Origin: Candidatus Iainarchaeum sp.
GTDB taxonomy: Archaea > Iainarchaeota > Iainarchaeia > Iainarchaeales > VGJJ01
DNA: 32,000 nt
Reading direction: 5' to 3'
Assembly (NCBI GenBank): GCA_030688545.1
Contig: JAUYHT010000008.1
Coordinates: 60,001 to 92,000, forward strand
Positions 30,586 through 32,000 of the stretch are shown in pieces. The translations under genes and the position numbers were made by a program. Within the stretch, counting starts at the first letter, position 1. Every line of letters begins with the position of its first letter. The notes under the pieces were generated by a model. It saw only the letters and a program-made list of their open reading frames with translations. It ran no database searches and was not told the origin of the DNA.

Positions 30586-31302
30586 TCACCCGGAGGGAGC
30601 ATCGCCATTCGCACCATTCTCGACGAGGAAGATGTCGAGCACGTGGGCCTGCTCCACGATCACGAGGGTCTGATTCAAAACGCGTATATTAAGGGATAGG
30701 TCTTTCGCCTCGGAGGAGGGGGTAAAGGGAAGAGTGACGGAGGCGCATGTCCCGGGCTGTATAGTCCAGGATTGGGGGGAGGGATTGGGAGCGATGGAGG
30801 AATCACTGAGACGCAACTCCACGCGAAGAGGAATGGGAAAATTTTCCTGATTGCATGCCCGAACAACGGGTTCCACGGGAACATCCACGAAACCAAAATC
30901 GGGATATGAAAACGTGAGGAGCACATTGGGGGGCACTTGATTGGCCCGGGCGGCGATCACGAGCTGTTGGGATAAATGATAGGGGGCGGAGGCCTCGAGG
31001 ACGATAAACCCCTGGTCGGCATACTCGGGGAGGAGCAGCACGGGGATTTGGTCTTCGGGTTGCAAGGAGGGAATATGGTGGAGGGGGATCTTCTCCCCCG
31101 CTTTCACGTATACGATTTGGATGTCTCGAATGAGGTGGACGGATTCATTGCGGATAGTTACAATGCCATCCTGGTTGGTGGGATCGGGATGCAAGGAGAG
31201 ACCGGTGTTGAAGGAGAAGAAATAGAGGAGGGCGAGGCCGAAGACGAGGTAGAGGACAATCATCACGCGCACGACGCGCTTGCGCCGGTCTTCGGGGAGC
31301 AT
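30586..31302 (-). CDS. Membrane-anchored beta-rich protein, unknown function, 238 aa
   Basis: ATG 31302 (MLPEDRRKRVVRVMIVLYLVFGLALLYFF...) with an AATTAAAG box (31323-31330) centred about 24 nt upstream. The track start 31398 overlaps the GTPase gene. Confidence 0.6.
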   Translation of the reverse strand: MLPEDRRKRVVRVMIVLYLVFGLALLYFFSFNTGLSLHPDPTNQDGIVTIRNESVHLIRDIQIVYVKAGEKIPLHHIPSLQPEDQIPVLLLPEYADQGFIVLEASAPYHLSQQLVIAARANQVPPNVLLTFSYPDFGFVDVPVEPVVRACNQENFPIPLRVELRLSDSSIAPNPSPQSWTIQPGTCASVTLPFTPSSEAKDLSLNIRVLNQTLVIVEQAHVLDIFLVENGANGDAPSG

Positions 31303-31322
31303 GCGAGAAAAAAGATTGGACG

Positions 31323-31330
31323 CTTTAATT
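31323..31330 (-). promoter_or_regulatory. TATA box for 30586-31302, overlapping the GTPase stop codon
   Basis: AATTAAAG (minus strand) centred about 24 nt before ATG 31302. Confidence 0.4.
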
Positions 31331-32000
31331 GGCTTTCCCTGGAAAAATGGGTTTAGCGCCCTGCTGCCAATCCAGGAGGAGCTTGAGGGCCATGGCACGG
31401 GTATCAGGCAACCCCCCCTTCCGGAGACGATTGAGTTTTACCGCTAGATTTTCGAGGCACTCATATCCATCCGCCCCTTCGAGGTCTACACCGTATTGGC
31501 GTTGAATCCACGTGCCCCAATGGGGATGGGTAGGCAACCATTCGAGCAATTGCTCAGCGGCCGTCTGAGGATTTTTTACCTGGTTGGGGGATTTAGCATT
31601 CACTAATACGAGACGGAATTCATCGCGTTCAGCCAGGGGAATAACCCCAGGTGTGTCAAGGAGGTAAGTATCCTCTTTCAGCTTGATCATGCTCCGCCCT
31701 CGCGTGAAACCGGCTTGTTTGGAGGTGGGGGCGGCATGGCGGCCGGCGAGAGCATTGATGACGCAGGACTTCCCGGCATTGGGATAGCCGACAACCGCTA
31801 TTTTGCCCCCATGAGGGAGGAGGGAGAATAGGAGGGTGCGGAGGAGACGGATGTTTTTTTTGGGAGTGCAGGAGATAGAGACAATTTTCAGGTCGTCCGA
31901 AAAGGTGCGGGTGACGCGGGGAATATCCTTGGGAAGCAGATCCATCTTGTTGAGGATGAGCACCACTATTTTTCCGCGACGCACCAGCTCCTTCTCGAGC
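31325..32000 (-). CDS. Circularly permuted GTPase (YlqF/RbgA/YawG-like ribosome-biogenesis type), partial (N-terminus beyond window end)
   Basis: G4 NKMDL precedes G1 GYPNAGKS and G3 DTPG, which is the permuted order. The frame stays open upstream of the track GTG at 31984 to base 32000 (...LEKELVRRGKIVV...). Confidence 0.85.
   Translation of the reverse strand, partial: LEKELVRRGKIVVLILNKMDLLPKDIPRVTRTFSDDLKIVSISCTPKKNIRLLRTLLFSLLPHGGKIAVVGYPNAGKSCVINALAGRHAAPTSKQAGFTRGRSMIKLKEDTYLLDTPGVIPLAERDEFRLVLVNAKSPNQVKNPQTAAEQLLEWLPTHPHWGTWIQRQYGVDLEGADGYECLENLAVKLNRLRKGGLPDTRAMALKLLLDWQQGAKPIFPGKAN

Overview
Gene-dense archaeal chromosomal segment. I call 44 protein-coding genes, two of them cut by the window edges. 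I recognised no rRNA, tRNA, CRISPR array, transposase or integrase by eye. Archaeal origin is supported by Orc1/Cdc6, Cdc48/VAT, a type IA topoisomerase, archaeal DnaG primase, Hjc resolvase, an Lrp/AsnC regulator and class III signal peptides. A/T boxes centred about 23-28 nt upstream of many ATGs point to leaderless-type promoters. Short genes, truncated architectures (NFACT-R-only protein, stand-alone Asn-synthase PP-loop domain) and frequent ATGA/GTGA stop-start overlaps suggest a reduced, possibly DPANN-like genome; that is inference only. Accessory content is dominated by type IV pilus biology, with 15 predicted prepilin-like proteins in three groups. (i) A translationally coupled operon (26655->20039, minus strand) encodes a FlaI/PilB-type ATPase, two single-domain T2SSF platform proteins, three 53-60 aa pilins, an A24 prepilin peptidase and two larger pilin-like proteins. 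(ii) A four-gene Cys-rich pilin-like module lies at 18119->16023. (iii) An orphan six-gene pilin-like cluster (5352-7558) lies next to orc1. Between (i) and (ii) sits an overlapping three-gene module: a TM-anchored OB-like protein, a TctA/DUF112-like polytopic membrane protein and a minimal JAMM metalloprotease. Non-coding highlights: an A/T-rich repeat family shared by two distant intergenic regions (8794-9036 and 19917-20003, opposite orientations, one pair identical at 27 of 28 nt). There is also a perfect 55-bp duplication with nested palindromes, a 20-bp tandem repeat (29821-29860), a perfect 13-bp-stem hairpin (5281-5310) and single TATA boxes placed symmetrically between divergent start codons. 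The ORF track uses GTG/TTG as well as ATG, so several of its starts look over-extended. I re-set starts where an ATG plus a TATA box, a Shine-Dalgarno-like motif or operon coupling supported it.
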